Source: Callorhinchus milii (taxonomy: Eukaryota). From it: a stretch of DNA of 64,000 bases. Location of the stretch: positions 84,818,001-84,882,000 of the forward strand of contig NW_024704743.1 of the NCBI RefSeq assembly GCF_018977255.1, given 5' to 3'. Positions 1-12,500 of the stretch are shown here, piece by piece. Under the pieces are notes generated by a model that was given only the letters and a program-made list of their open reading frames with translations, searched no databases and was not told the DNA's origin. Every line of letters begins with the position of its first letter. Position 1 is the stretch's first letter. A program made the translations under genes and the position numbers.

Positions 1-459
1 CAAAGAAGATCCTAACTTTTATTAAATGGTTTGCCAGTTATAGTTGAATATTCTTTTATTCTTTGAGAGCAAAACTCTAGCTTGTAAATTACAGGTGATT
101 TGATATATGAATATTGAAGCAGTCGCGCAAGATATCTGCTACCTATCTAAATAGTAATTCTTCCATTTTGATAACCTTGTGGGAGATTAGATAGTCTGTC
201 TGATTCTGTACTGTTTTTTTAAAATTTGTTTAACATTTATTTGATGTGGATTGTAGATTTACTTACTGTGCTTTTGGGACAGAGTGTTTTAATAACCCAA
301 GTTTTATTTTTGTTGTCAAAGTACATTTGCTATTTTTGATTTGCAAAAAAAATCTGCTTAAATGGATTACTGTTCATTAAAGAATGAAATAAGTAGAAAG
401 TGATTGACTTTTAGACGTTTTGATAACCAAAGATATGTACCATGGTAACCATTAGGCAT

Positions 460-1012
460 TCAGTGGCTCCCCATCTCCCAGCAGATCGGGTTCAAAATCC
501 TTGTTCTTGTGTTCAAATCTCTCTACAATCACACCCCATCTCCTCTCACTCTGCAACCCCCTTTAACCACCAACAACAACTTGCACTTATATAGCGCCCT
601 TCACGTAGGGTAGCGTCTCAGAGCACTTAACAGTGGTGGAGCCTGACTTCGAGCTGGGGGGAAGGTAGGAGGTGACCATAAGCACTGTCGAACAGTAAAG
701 TCTTCAGGCGGTAACCCTACAGACCTGGCACCTCCTTTTGTTCAGGGATCAGCCTGTCTCATGTCGCCTGCTCCATCTACCTCACCAATGGCGGGTGGGC
801 TTTCAGCCCTTCTGCTCCCAATCTGGAACTGCTTCCTGGAGTCCCTGCCACCTGCGCATTCCCTCACCTCGTTCATGGTCCGAGGTATGAGATTTGCCTC
901 TTTGACTGTGCTTTTAGTCTCTTTTTCCCTCTTCCCCCAGCTTGGATGGCCAGCCAGGACTAGTATGTGCTTCACGATATCCTCCCAAAGTGAAAGGCGC
1001 TGTATTGTAAAT
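460..1012 (+). mobile_element. degraded L2 LINE 3' fragment with an opposite-strand L2 3' end (about 565-712) inside it
   Basis: WLP/FKIL-type coding remnants, tail gtgaaaggcgct; internal caacaacaac-ttgcacttatatagcgcccttcacg is a reverse L2 tail. Confidence 0.7.
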
Positions 1013-2615
1013 TGTATTGTATTTACCTATCGACACATTGTGTAGGTGCTAGCTCTTTGAAAGAACATTCAATTCAATCCCATTTGAATTGCCTTTTTTC
1101 TATAACCCTGTTTAGCAGAATAATAAAATGCACAGATTCTTCAGTGGAGGAAATTGTTCCTTGTTTGCTCCCTTTCATAATATCTCATATCTATCATTCT
1201 GTTAAGCAAATGCGTTAATTTATCTATTTGCTCCTCTATATTTGGGGAATCTTAAAAGAGGCACAAATGTTTACACAGGTTTAAGGACTACATTGGTAAT
1301 TTGTTGAACTTACAGTAGTTTAGCCATCAAAGTGTCTTGGTAGAACAACATCTGTTCCATACAGTATTATGAGTCACCTGCTTTAAGATCTAATAACAGC
1401 ATGTCTGAATACATGACACCATTGGGTATTATTCCACTTATGAAAGACTTTACATGAAATGAATAGAATACTGTATAACAATTTAATATGAAGCATTTCC
1501 CCTGTGGGGTCTGACAAACGCATGACCTGCAAAGTATTTTAAATATGGCCTAATTGGCAAATCTGCAGCATCCTGCATATTCTCCATTTACTTGATATTC
1601 ACCACTTACATTTTGCCTTTGTGTGTTCTTTTGAATTGATAATTGCAAGGAAGTCATGAAGTATCGATCTTNAAAAAAAGTGCATATAGCAGTAATATGA
1701 ATTGTGTGTGCCGATACAAACAGTGCTATGCTAGATAAAGCAAATGTACAACTATATAATCAAACCGAAATTAACAATTAATTGCTAAGAAATTACTCTG
1801 CCAATTGTTTTGCTCAAAAATTGTCATTCCTGTATCCAATTTATATTTGCGAACTTAGTTTCCATTCGGTTTTCTTCTCTCTCTGTAATGTATATATTAC
1901 AAAATTATGGTTTTCAGGTATCCCAGTAAATAAGAGCATAACCTGCTGCCAGTGTTTTTAATATAATGTTGTGTAATAAATTGCCCAGCTGAGTTGCATA
2001 TTGCCCTGTGGTCAAGTTGAAATCATTGTCTTGTGTTTAGGAAATACATTATTAGAATTTTGTATTTTAATGACATTAAGTTCATACAATTTATAAAAAA
2101 AATCCCTTTTATTTGTTCATTGCAAACTGTTATTCGATTATGTTGAATTAGGCATACACTATACCTTTAGTCTAATTAACCAGCCCAAAGCCAGTATTCA
2201 AGCTTCATTTTAAATTTGTTTTTAACTATATTGTATTGTGGAAGTTTCTTCTGTTTTAATTCTGCTTTATGTCATGCTACATGAGGAATGGAGCTACTAG
2301 GCCTAAAGGCTATCAAGAGAATGCTTCCAATTGTCGATACAAATGTTAAATGAATCTTTAAATGAATAAATCATCCTTACTTTGTTTATTTTTGAGATTC
2401 AAAATTACAATTGGTTCAGTGTTATTGAACTGAATTTTAGTCAACGTATTAAAACAAATCATCTTCTAACTCATTTTCATAAGTTATTACACAACACAAA
2501 ATTCACTAAATGGGTTGAAATAGTGCTTTGTTACAGTCACTGAATAAAAGATCATTATTGGGAAGGTATAGAAAATCAATTTGGCAAAGAGATCAGTATT
2601 TTCAGAACTAAATCT

Positions 2616-2715
2616 AATTCACTTTACAGTGTGTTCTGTGAAGCGCTTTGGGACGTCCTCCTGACGTGAAAAGCGCTATATCAAATGCAAGGATTATTAT
2701 TATTATTATTATTAT
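2616..2715 (+). mobile_element. 5'-truncated young DeuSINE (tail only)
   Basis: Near-identical to the 3' 100 nt of the 59326 copy, (TTA)n tail. Confidence 0.85.
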
Positions 2716-5700
2716 GCTCAAATCTTTGATATCCTTAATCTATTTGGAAAAAGTGGGCACAATTTTACTTTTCAATATTGGTAAAGATGATAACCTTCTG
2801 TTGATCTGACTATCTGATTACGATATAGGATAACTTAAGGAAAAGTGCTGGTTATTTTAACTATTCCATCTGAGACACTATTTAGACTATCACACATGTA
2901 TGATTATTTTGCTGTTTAATGGAGGTATTTCACTCCATAGCTACCTGTAATAGCAACAAGCTGTTTACAAAGGTACAAGAGAATGAGAAATGTAGTTGTA
3001 TCAAATCTAGAGAATCTGTTGCATAAAACAGGACACCTCTTGCCAATTACAACATTTACAATCCTTGTAGCTTGCAGTATTGTAACTCAAAGAGATAGGG
3101 AGATGCTGTTTCATGCAGGATTAACAGTATGAAGTGGGGAAGTGATCTTGTAACAAAAAAGGTGTGTGGAAACATTGCAGCCAAAAGAAAAACATGCAGA
3201 ATAAATATTCCCAAACTGATCCCAAACAAAATTGTGTATATTACTCAAATTCTCTGTGTCTATACAGATACTTGGTGGGGAGCGAGTGAATCTTCCGTTT
3301 GTAACAAAGCATTTGGGCTAAATGTTACCCTTCAGCTTTAAAAAAATCTCCATTTTAAAGCTCTATATGAACCAATCTGACTGTTTAAAGCAAATTTGTC
3401 TCACCTAGCTTTATTTTGTCTTTGTCATCAGGAACTTGTGGTTCTATGTTTCAAACCATGCAAGCTTTCTAAAACTGCTGTCCAAGGTTAGCTTTTTTCT
3501 CAACAGCTCTCAGTTTATTTTTAGATTCTCTGAATGATTAAGGATTTCAAAAAGACTTATTACAACATATAATTAATGAAATGTGACAAAGTACTTTTTA
3601 GAACAGTGTACAGCAGTCTCTTCCAGCCCCCCCCCCACCACCACCTGAATACTACTGTTATTCTTTTTGAAGGAGCTATAATCTCTGAGGTTCTCTAGTA
3701 AAGTTTGCTGGTTGATGTTGCTAGTTTAATGGTCAGTGATGATATATGGAGCTTAGAGGTTTTGTATATAAATATCTATTATGTGACTTTAAGGTTTGTG
3801 AATTGATTAATGAATCCTGTAGTGCTTTAATAGTGCTTGTTTAAAAAAAAGTTTTAAGTTAAGACACTTTCTTCTAACAGATTACTGTATATACCTATGG
3901 CTGTTACGAGAAGGAACATCTAATGTAGACTATATGCAATCCCTAATGCAATTGCCAGTCAGTTAGCACAGCTTGATGGTGTTTTTTGTTTGACATTGAT
4001 TTCATCCAGTTGATTTTTCTTTATGTAAATATGATAATAGTCTAGTGGGTTTACAGTAATGCAACACTCAGATCTATTGTAAACTGATTATATTTCCCCA
4101 CTGGAAACATTTTGTGACACAGAGCATAATCTTTAATGGAATTTATGTGAAATTAAATTATGCAAGCATCAGTACACATAACATAGAAGGAGTAAATCAG
4201 CTTAATTTATTTGCTGTTGGAATGGTGTCAGCGCTGGTAGAATGCAAATGCAGTCTTATCCCAGTAGCTGAAGAAGCTGTCAGATGACTAGAAAAGTTAA
4301 ACCTTTTATTAGGCAACACTGTAATTTGATGGGCAGAAAGCTCATGCTTCAGTAATTTAGCACACCCAGGCAACACAGACTGGTTAAAGTGGAATGAGGT
4401 AGGATCAGCTTAAAGTTAACAGAAAAGTGGTTGATAGAGATGGTGGGATCAGGAGTGTATGTCATTTCACATCCTGGCCTCAAGGCCTTCATTGGGTAGG
4501 AGGTTAATAATGGAAAATGATCTGCTTCAGTGGAGGAGATAAATTCTGTTAGAAGCAGCTGTATCTTATTGGAGTTTTAGCTTATATACATGACAGTGTG
4601 GAGTTGGTACTTAGAACAGAACAGCACGACTCCAACTATCTAATGTGACAGAGCAGTTATGGTGGTTGTCATTTATGCTATTTTTATCTTTTGTACCAAA
4701 GTATTTTGAAAACGACTTGTTTTATATGAAATAGGCTCAAGTAGAATGACTGACTGGCTGATGAAGTAATTTTAATTTACTGTAATACTTTTATTTATTT
4801 AAAAAAAACTGCTGCATGCCTACCTGACGGGAGAAGAGGGTCTTCTTGTCTGTTTACCAGGCTGCTAGTTAGCAGCTAACATGAGGTGTATTTTGTGGAG
4901 TAGGAAAAGTTTGTGGCTGATGTTACATTTTTTTCCTTGCTACTCAAGATGGAAAACTACAGTGAAGTGGCTCTGCCCAGTGAAATAGACTGATAAGCAG
5001 TATGAAACTTATTGCTGAAGTTAAATGGTGCCCTCTAATTGGCTGTTTTATACTCTACCCCTAGTCTACTGCTTGCAATATTCTATTTAGTGTTTATACT
5101 ATGTTTTACAACTTTTAACCACGATAAGCGTTACTCATTTTTAATCTCGTTCACATTTTGAATCAAGTTTTAGAAGGTCTTGTCTGTATCCACTGCTTCA
5201 AAAGTATTTTAATCATTTAAAAAGTTATGGGAGAATGATGTGTATGACAAAAGGAACTTTGTAATAAAGAAGCATGATGCTCATGCACCACCAATGTGTT
5301 TGTAGACTTAAGACCTTGGAGTCTGACATTCCTGTTTTCCTACCAAAAATGGCAGTTATGAATTGAGTTGCTGGTGGACTGTTGAATTTAGGAAGAACAC
5401 ACAGAAAATAGCTCAATGATATTCACCTCGGGGGCAGCATTAAAAAAAACTTCATGGTTAATTCATGCTTTCTTAGGTGGGGTTTGTATTAATGTGTGCT
5501 AAATAAGAAGACAAGAAAATACAATAATCTAGTATGGAAAAACAATTATTTCTAGTCACTTATCAAGTACATGCCCAGATGTACTGCATTTTCACACCAT
5601 TAATGGAGATATACATCTTGGGCTTAAAGTTTGATAAGGTGCCTTGTGTTTGGTGCATGGATACACAAGGGTCTAATTAGCGATGGTCACAGACTGGATT

Positions 5701-5951
5701 TGATCTGTTATTTGCGACATCTGGTTTGCGAATATTAGAAGCCATTTAATTTGCAAAATTTGTAAAATGGCTTATTACAAATACTGAAAGCCAAAAAAAC
5801 AAGCAAAACCAGGAACATTTGCAAGTATCACTAATTGGACCCCATTAAAATGGGAAAAAGATATTCTATGATGAACTGGAGATTACCATTGGATTGGATT
5901 CTCTGTGAAAAAAATTTGTAATCTTATTTATCTATTTTGTTTTTCTCTCAG

Positions 5952-6200
5952 GGATGCAGTTCACATGGACATTCAGCTGGAAGTAGTACCATTTCATCTA
6001 GCAAAGCAACTTCTGCTCCAAAAGTTCGCAAGTCTGTCCACAGTCGTATTCATGAAGCTGTAAAAGCTATCGCTTTGTGCCACAATGTTACACCTGTCTA
6101 TGAGTCGCGTGCAGGGGTGAATGGAGAAACAGAATATGCAGAGGCTGATCAGGACTTCAGTGATGAAAATCGCACATACCAAGCATCCAGTCCTGATGAG
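5952..6200 (+). CDS. ATP9B: ATP9B exon, 249 nt (GCSSHG...QASSPDE)
   Basis: ttttctctcag acceptor, GAG|gtgggt donor, [11 protein letters not shown] and YQASSPDE motifs. Confidence 0.96.
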
Positions 6201-9200
6201 GTGGGTTTGTAATATTTCTTACAAGAATAATCTTCATAAGGCTGTAGAAATGTTAATGTCATGCAAGTCATTTTGATTAATTATTTAAATGAACCCTGCA
6301 CCATGTTTAGTTTGCTGCAGCAAACCTTTTATTGGTTTGTTTTAATATGGAAAACAAATTGAATTAAATTGTGACTTGGCGACTGATAAGAAACCACTGC
6401 AGGCATTCTGTGGTATATTTTTTGATGTGGGCTTAAGAGAGAAACAAAAGAGCAGAGAGGGTGGTTTGTCGTCATTTTTAAGGACTCTTATTCACCAGCA
6501 CTGAAAAGCAATGAAAATCATCCAAATAGGTTATTTAAAGTATTGAATATTTCTGCAGTTAGAGTGATAGATGATGCCAGCATTTTGCAATCACTGAAGC
6601 ACCATTTAAAAAAAACAGATTATTGAAGAAAGTGCTTTGACTATTGTGCTTTGTAATTTTATCTAGGAAAATTGTTCAATTGATGTGTCCCTTTTAAATC
6701 ATTCAGTGCTGACCAAATGTTTTTGTAAGCAAACGATATTTCAACAGAGAAGCCATTGTCACACATTTTATTTTCAGTGTTGAATGAAGAACAACGAACA
6801 GCCTGCATGAGCTGCAGATATAACATAACTCATTCAGTGCTGTAATCCTATACATAGATTTAGGCAAAATGCTTTCTGGGTGGCAAAAACTTGTTTTGTA
6901 TTGTTTCTCATTTTAAATTGTGTTCAAAGTTTAGGGTTTTTTTGCGATGTGAGCTCGAATTGAGACTTAAGACAGATTTCAATTCAATATTTATGTTATA
7001 AATTAATGGGATAAGATGATTTAAAAATACACTTTTCCCTGACCCATTGAAAAATGAAGTGTATTCCAAATCTCTTGTACTTGCTGTTCTGCTATACAAG
7101 TTGCACTTTTCTTTTGCTTTCTAGTTTTCTCTTACTCTAACCGAATCTTATCGAATTTATTTTTTTATGATTCTGTTTTCCTTTTCTGATTTATTTTGAT
7201 TCTTTTATTATTTCTTATTTCAACCATGCCTTTTTTCTTATTCCTTTTTCACATTTGTTAATTTATTTCTTCCCTTTTTCACTTCTGTTTCCTCTCAAGA
7301 TTACACTGAAGGAAAGTATGAGATTGTGTCAGTTAGCAGTTTCCTCCTTGAGAGTTGTCCTATAGTGATTGGTATTTACTGGAAATTTCAGTTAAGGCTT
7401 TACAATAGAGATAGGGATGTAAGAATGAACAAGAAGAATATATCAGGGTTAACAACAAAAGATCACATTTAATTTTGCAAACAATACTATGTGACTATCT
7501 TGTAGAGTCTAGTAGATTTTTACGAGTGCACTTTCACCTGTTATGTACAAATGGTTATTTTAAATTATGAATTATCTAAATGCCAAAAGAGAATAAGCTT
7601 TAAGACTGCAACATGGTGTGTGAATTTGAATAGTTCCGTCGGCTAAGATGGTAATTGAGAAGCACTTCAGACTTTATTTCCAAGATAACATTTGTCACAA
7701 AGTTGCTAACATATTGAAGACTCGAGTGATGAAAGTTAATGCAACAGTTATTGCAGTTATTTAATACACAAGCACTTGAGAAGGAAATCATTCAAGAACA
7801 ATGGAGAAAAGCAAGTTTTAATGTGAGCTGGTATAAAAATATGCTTGGAGCACGAAGAGTATAGCAATATTACCCTAATTATGTAATTTTGTGGGTTTAG
7901 ATTGACATCTTATTTCTAATATAAAACCAAGATGTGCTCAGTGTTTGCGATAAGTGATCAATATTTCATTTTGCTCAGTAGAAGGTATATTGCTGTGGTG
8001 GTTTGTACTGAGCATGTGGTGTCCCCAAGTGACCTAACAAAGGCATTGATGAAACAATATTCTGGGCCAACTCAGTGGCCATAAGTATATGCCCATTGAG
8101 TAAAATTCATCATGTTCTTCAGCTATAGAATGGTATGCTGACCTAATGTAAATGACAAGCATAAAAAGAGATAAACTAAGTGGATAGGCTGATGAAGTGC
8201 AAAGGTCATGAGCTTAGTAATACAAGGGCATGCTTTGAACAGGGCCTCTGAAGACCTTTGATCTTTTGTGGTCAGAAGGGAACATTTGGTCATGGTCTTT
8301 AATGACTGGTTCTTCTCATAAACTAGCTATTTATTTTGGGAGGAGTGATATAGGGCTTTTTGTGTTGCCAATAACAAAAGTATTGTTTTTAAATAAAGGC
8401 AAAATGGAGCATTTTAAAAGCACTACAGTAAAGCCATTTGGGTTCTTGGGTTCTTTGAACTGTCACAAACTCAGTAATTTTGACTAAAAGAATAAAGATT
8501 TTTTTAAGATGAAAATGTTCTCTACTATTCAATTAAAATATGGACTTAACCATCAGTGATTTATGTTTTACTATTCAAACAATATGACAACATTCTGACA
8601 TTAAAAACAATATACTGCTGACCATTTGACACCAAAATAGTATTAATCTCAAGTCACTAAGGTAATTTAATGAAGTAGAGAGGTGTGAGATTACATTATA
8701 CACTAAATATATTTCAATTTTAATTAGTTATATTTTGAAATATTTCTAAATGCATGTTGAAAATGACAATGTTAGCGCATTTAATGAAACCTCATTGAAA
8801 AGCTTTAGTCGTTCAGTAATTTGTGATGGTACACGTGTAAAATAAGCACAGCTGTTTGTTCACAACATCTTTGTTTTGTCCTGTGCACAGGCTCAGGCTT
8901 AAGTTTGGTTGACGTCAAATTGAAAAGGGATAAAGCAGTGTGCAGTTGTTTCAAATGTTAATGGCCACATGATTAGTTGTAACCAATGATTTAAATTTCA
9001 ACTGCGATTCAAAGTAGGTTTTTAGGGGTGCCTCTCAATACGATGCATTTACTTTTGAATTGTAACCATAATCGTGTGAGTTACTGATGTTGACAATGTA
9101 AATCTTTTTTTAGTTTTCAGTTGTGCTCCATAGTCTGTATTCTATATTTTACCTGCTAACCGTACCACGTTTATGGCACTCGCAAGTTTTCTTTCACTTT

Positions 9201-9273
9201 GTTTATTCAGCACAGGCTAACAGTATTGTGCCCTTTGCTGCAGCCTAAACTCACTTTGCACAACTGCAATAAA

Positions 9274-9288
9274 GTCGCCATCTAGTGT
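9274..9288 (-). promoter_or_regulatory. CTCF-like motif
   Basis: Reverse complement ACACTAGATGGCGAC vs consensus CCACYAGRKGGCRS. Confidence 0.5.
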
Positions 9289-9702
9289 CTCCTATGGAAA
9301 TTGTTTAAAGTTGGTTTCAGTGGCAATTCAGTTATGAAAATCTACATATTTATTTGTTAAAACCCACATTGCTAATTCAAGATGCTTACATTTTCCCCTA
9401 GACTGAGCATTTGATGTTTAACTAATTTGTATAATCCAAAAATGTAGCTGTGTGGATAATATTAGTTTTTTTCCGTGTTATAAGTTGTGTGAGTGGGTAA
9501 CGATCTTATTAATCTGAAACCACAATTTGCATATTATTTGCAACAAGTGAAATGCTCACTAACAGTAAACATAATAGCTAACAGTAAACAAACAGGTGTG
9601 AAATGTATTGAAGACTTCATACAAAATGTTTTGATTCCCTTGCACAGTTTCAGTATCTTGATATAGTACCTTTCACATCTGGATTTTACATTTGATTTTA
9701 CA

Positions 9703-10284
9703 TTTGATTTCAAGATCCTCATCCTCACCTACAAGGCCATTCACGGCCTTGCTCCCTCCTACCTCTCCAACCTACTATCCCCCTACCTACCTGCCCGTAC
9801 CCTCCGTTCCTCTGCCTCTGGTCTGCTCCACGTCCCCCGCCCCAACCGCCCTACCATCGGTGGTCGAGCCTTCAGCCTCTCAGCCCCGAGGCTCTGGAAC
9901 TCCATCCCCCAGTGCCTTCGCCGCTTCCTCCCTTTCCTCCTTCAAGGCCGGTCTCAAAACCTTTCTCTTTGACCGAGCCTTCAGCTCCCCTCTCGACTCT
10001 CTACCCCCTCCTCACTCCCTCCCTTCCCTCCCCTCACCCTGACCATTTCCCCCCTCATTGCTCCCTCCCTTCCCTCCCCTCACCCTGACCATTTCCCCCC
10101 TCCTCGCTCCCTCCCTTCCCTCCCCTCACCCTGACCATTTCCCCCCTCCTCGCTCCCTCCCTTCCCTCCCCTCACCCTGACCATTTCCCCCTGCTCGGGT
10201 CATGACCCAACTGTGCAGCGCCTTGGGACGTCCTCCTGACGTGAAAGGCGCTTTATAAATGGAATCTTGTTGTTGTTGTTGTTG
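9703..10284 (+). mobile_element. young 5'-truncated L2 LINE
   Basis: FKILILTYKAIHGLAP coding end, 3' stem-loop, (TTG)n tail; highly similar to the 34958-35760 copy. Confidence 0.9.
10008..10192 (+). repeat. tandem repeat, about 46-nt C-rich unit x4, within L2 3' UTR
   Basis: ctccctcccttccctcccctcaccctgaccatttccccc occurs four times. Confidence 0.92.
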
Positions 10285-11529
10285 TGGAGGACTTCTCAAA
10301 GTGCTTCACGGGATTTAATATAAAGTGAAGTGACTGTTTATTTTGTAGGGGAATATTGGCAGACTATTTAGCATTGCAGCCAAGTGCACTCCTGTTCTTA
10401 TCCAACACTCAATCCTTTACAGATCCATAAATAATTTTATTCCCTAATCTGAGATTGAAGCTCAGGAAGGGAATTGGGATTCAAATTAAGAAGCACATCT
10501 CACGTTCTCTGGTCTTTTTTCTCTCCCCCTCTCTCTTCCCCCCCCCCCCCCGAATTTATTGTGTAAAGCGTTTTGAGATGTCTTGAAGATGTCATAAGGC
10601 GCTATATCAAATGCAAGGATTAATATTAATTTCATGAATGTTCTATTCAAATGAGGCACATGGTAATATAATTAAAAACTGAAAATAATAAAAATGCAAT
10701 CTACATGATGAAATCAGGGATGTTTAAATGTGGAATCTGTAAATAAGAGGTAATTGATCCGCCCCCTGGTTCACCAGAGGTCACCAGATGCAGCAAAGAT
10801 AAGACGCACAATGAGCTTTCTGTGTATAATTGTTTGAAGGAAATTACTAATATGCTTGCATAATTGAACAATTTTATAAAAAGTGGAAACAAAATTAAAT
10901 AGAACCTATTTGTGTAGAAAGTCCGGTCTATTACCAAATAACAGTTATTTACTGCATAATATCAATGAAAATCATGCTTATAACTGCTTTGATTGTACAT
11001 AGCAGTACATCTTTTTTAAATGTTTTAAATTCTTGCAGCAGTTTTTTTGTTACAAAAACAATATTTATAAAACAAATTAGGATACTGACAAATGGTGTGA
11101 ATGATATATCAAGTATTTTAAAGAAATTCTCAAAGTTCAGACTGCATAGTAAAATTATTGTACCAATTTCTTATTAAAACTTAAGGCCATATTTTCATTT
11201 TATTTGCTTTATTCATTTAAAAAAAAGCTTTTAAAAGAAGATTCCAAACCTGACCTACCTCCTGAATCCAACTACCAATGTTGAACTACCAACGTATCTA
11301 TTTTTTATTTCTAGTGCACCCGAGGCATCTTGTCTCAGTCCTTTCCCTCTACCTTTCTCTCATACCTTGCTGCAGTAAGCTTCTTCTCTTGTACCTTTAA
11401 CTCAAAATTCTACACATTCATGGTACCCACTATTATTCAAATCTGAGACAGTTCCAACAAGTCACAGTGATGTTTAGCTTTGGGAACTATCCACAGCTGA
11501 GACCAGTCATATCTCACATGATATCCATA

Positions 11530-12150
11530 TATCAGGGTGACTGATTAGAAGTCAGGAGCAAGACCCACAGCGGGTTGTGGGTTGGAGAATTAGCAGGTCG
11601 GAGAGGTAGGGAGGTGCCAGGGCATGAAGGAATTTGAAAACAAGTGTGAGGATCTTGAAATCTATCCATTCAGCAATAGGGAGCCAGTGGAGCCTGGCTA
11701 GACTTGGTGTGATGTGGTTATGGAGTTTAATGCAGCAGAGTATTGGATTGGGCGGGCGGTGGTATGCGGGCGGCAGAGTATTGGATCAGCTGGATTCTAT
11801 GCATGGTGGAGGAGGGGAGATCGGCGAAAAGGGCATTTGAAAATTTGAGTCGGGACGTGACGGACGCATGGATGAGTGTTTTGGCAGCGTCTGGGGTAAG
11901 GTACAGTTGGTGGCGCACAACTGACTACCCACAGAACTGCACCTGAGTCCCTTCATCTCACCCCTTCCCTCACCTCCTTCAAGGTCCATCTCAAGGCCTT
12001 CCACTTTGGTTGCACCTTCGGCAACCTTCCACACCTCTACCCTCCCGACTCTAACCTCCAGCTTGGGTGCAAACCTTCGACTGTCCAGTCTTGGGATTTC
12101 TTACCAACGTGAAAGGCACTATATAAATGCAATTTGTTGGTGTGGTTGTT
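11530..12150. mobile_element. L2 LINE with inverted 5' segment (11530-11915 minus; 11920-12150 plus)
   Basis: Minus ORF LTPDAAKTLIHASVTSRL...SAARI abutting a plus-strand L2 3' end with tail. Confidence 0.75.
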
Positions 12151-12319
12151 GACTCCTTCAAACAGGCAAGACATCAATTCTTGGATGTTTTGGGTTTGTG
12201 TGACTGAAATGCAACACTGCATTGCATTTATCAACTGAGCCATTGCAAAGCCTGTTTGCTCAATATATTCCATGAAACTCTTCAAGCTCTGAAACTTTTC
12301 TAGAACTCTCTAACCCGAA

Positions 12320-12500
12320 CAGGAAGATGAGATCTTGGTTTAACATCTCATCCAAGGACAGCACTTTCAACAATGCAGCTCTTCTCCGACACTTTATTGG
12401 AGTGTCAGTCTAGACTGAGTTCAACATTCCTGACGTGGGCTTGACCCCACAACGTTCTAACTCGGAGGCAAGTGTGCTATCCTCTAAGCCAGGCTGACAC
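12320..12500 (-). mobile_element. old DeuSINE 5' fragment
   Basis: ggtttaacatctcatccaaggacagc is the reverse Deu-domain; degenerate tRNA head near 12430-12497. Confidence 0.6.

Noticed and set aside
1672..1672. N bases before A runs (also 13299, 39247)
   Set aside because: Homopolymer base-calling ambiguity, not biology.
1..5951. preceding ATP9B exon (GTLTQNEM-type)
   Set aside because: No such coding sequence found; it must lie upstream of the window.
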